From the NCBI GenBank assembly GCA_963713865.1, contig OY970208.1:2112001-2176000 (forward strand): a stretch of DNA of 64,000 nucleotides. The letters run 5' to 3'. Each line of letters starts with the position of its first letter. The stretch's first letter is position 1. Of this stretch, positions 63,197 to 64,000 are shown one piece after another. This stretch comes from an uncultured candidate division Zixibacteria bacterium (GTDB taxonomy: Bacteria; Zixibacteria; MSB-5A5; RBG-16-43-9). Under the pieces are notes generated by a model, which saw only the letters and a program-made list of their open reading frames with translations, did no database searches and was not told the origin of the DNA. The position numbers and the translations under genes are program-made.

Positions 63197-64000
63197 TTAC
63201 CTATCTATTTCTCCTAACACGATATCTATACTCCCGATAATTGCCACCACATCAGCTATCAACCTACCAGTAACCAGTCTATTTAAAACACTTAAATTTA
63301 CAAATGAAGGAGGCCTTACTCTTACTCTATAGGGCTTGCTTGAGCCATCTGAAACAATAAAATAGCCCAATTCCCCTTTAGGCGATTCGATCGAGTGGTA
63401 AACTTCTCCTGCAGGAACCCGGAAACCCTCCTCCGCGATCTTGAAATGATAGATCAATGCCTCCATCTCTTTTTTCACTATCTCTTTGGGAGGATAGGTA
63501 ACTCCCGGGATTTTAGCAATATAATCACCTTGAGGAATACCATTTAAAGCCTGTTTGACGATTTTCAAAGACTGTCTCATCTCTTCGACCCTGATCAGGT
63601 ATCGATCATAAATATCTCCATTCTTACCAGTGGGAATATCGAACTCAAATTTTTCATAACCCGAATAAGGATTCGATTTCCTTAAATCCCATTTTAAACC
63701 ACATCCTCTTATAATAGGTCCAGAAAGGCCACAATTGAGAGCTTCTTCTATAGTAATAGTTCCAATTCCAACTGTTCTCTGGAGCCATAGTTTATTCTTG
63801 GTTAAAAGGTTCTCGTAATCCTGGACTTTCGAGGGAAAAACTTTTATGAACTCCTTGACTCTTCTTTCGAATTCGCCGGTTGAGGGTAAATCCCTGGCTA
63901 AGCCTCCAACCCTGAAATAAGAGGTCATCATCCTCTGCCCGGATACGGTCTCGAAGATATCCATAAGCATTTCCCGTTCACGGAAAGCATACAGGAGCAT
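63197..64000 (-). CDS. nuoD: NADH-quinone oxidoreductase subunit D (5' end outside window)
   Basis: RERE, G.RM, GDIYDRY, ESPKGELG, GSIDIVLGEIDR. Confidence 0.95.
   Translation of the reverse strand: MLLYAFREREMLMDIFETVSGQRMMTSYFRVGGLARDLPSTGEFERRVKEFIKVFPSKVQDYENLLTKNKLWLQRTVGIGTITIEEALNCGLSGPIIRGCGLKWDLRKSNPYSGYEKFEFDIPTGKNGDIYDRYLIRVEEMRQSLKIVKQALNGIPQGDYIAKIPGVTYPPKEIVKKEMEALIYHFKIAEEGFRVPAGEVYHSIESPKGELGYFIVSDGSSKPYRVRVRPPSFVNLSVLNRLVTGRLIADVVAIIGSIDIVLGEIDR

Overview
Bacterial chromosomal window, AT-rich, almost entirely minus-strand. A dockerin-tailed beta-propeller protein suggests a Zixibacteria-like lineage (inference). 1-18.9 kb is the core translation/transcription cluster (tRNA-Thr, tuf, rpmG, tRNA-Trp, secE, nusG, rplKAJL, rpoBC, rpsLG, fusA, second tuf, rpsJ, rplC, rplD). 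19-50 kb holds cysEK, a tRNA cluster and housekeeping genes (cysS, ddl, ispDF, queA, lipA, trxB, malic enzyme, porGDAB, dcd, pepA). 50-64 kb is a nuoD-N operon. The unexplained structure is intergenic. Four small genes interrupt conserved gene clusters: a GIY-YIG nuclease next to anticodon-less tRNA-Gly copies, a four-helix-bundle protein, a DUF559 nuclease and a REP-associated Y1 transposase. Each has its own type of repeat. The repeat types next to the four-helix-bundle, DUF559 and transposase genes recur across the window, and a separate small hairpin family is sometimes nested inside other repeats. Also seen: a probable Uxx-star selenoprotein with a SECIS-like hairpin inside the nuo operon, four +1 frameshifts that all fall in the same heptamer (CCAGAAC), and a long hairpin covering the fusA ribosome-binding site. 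All calls are made by eye; no database searches were run.
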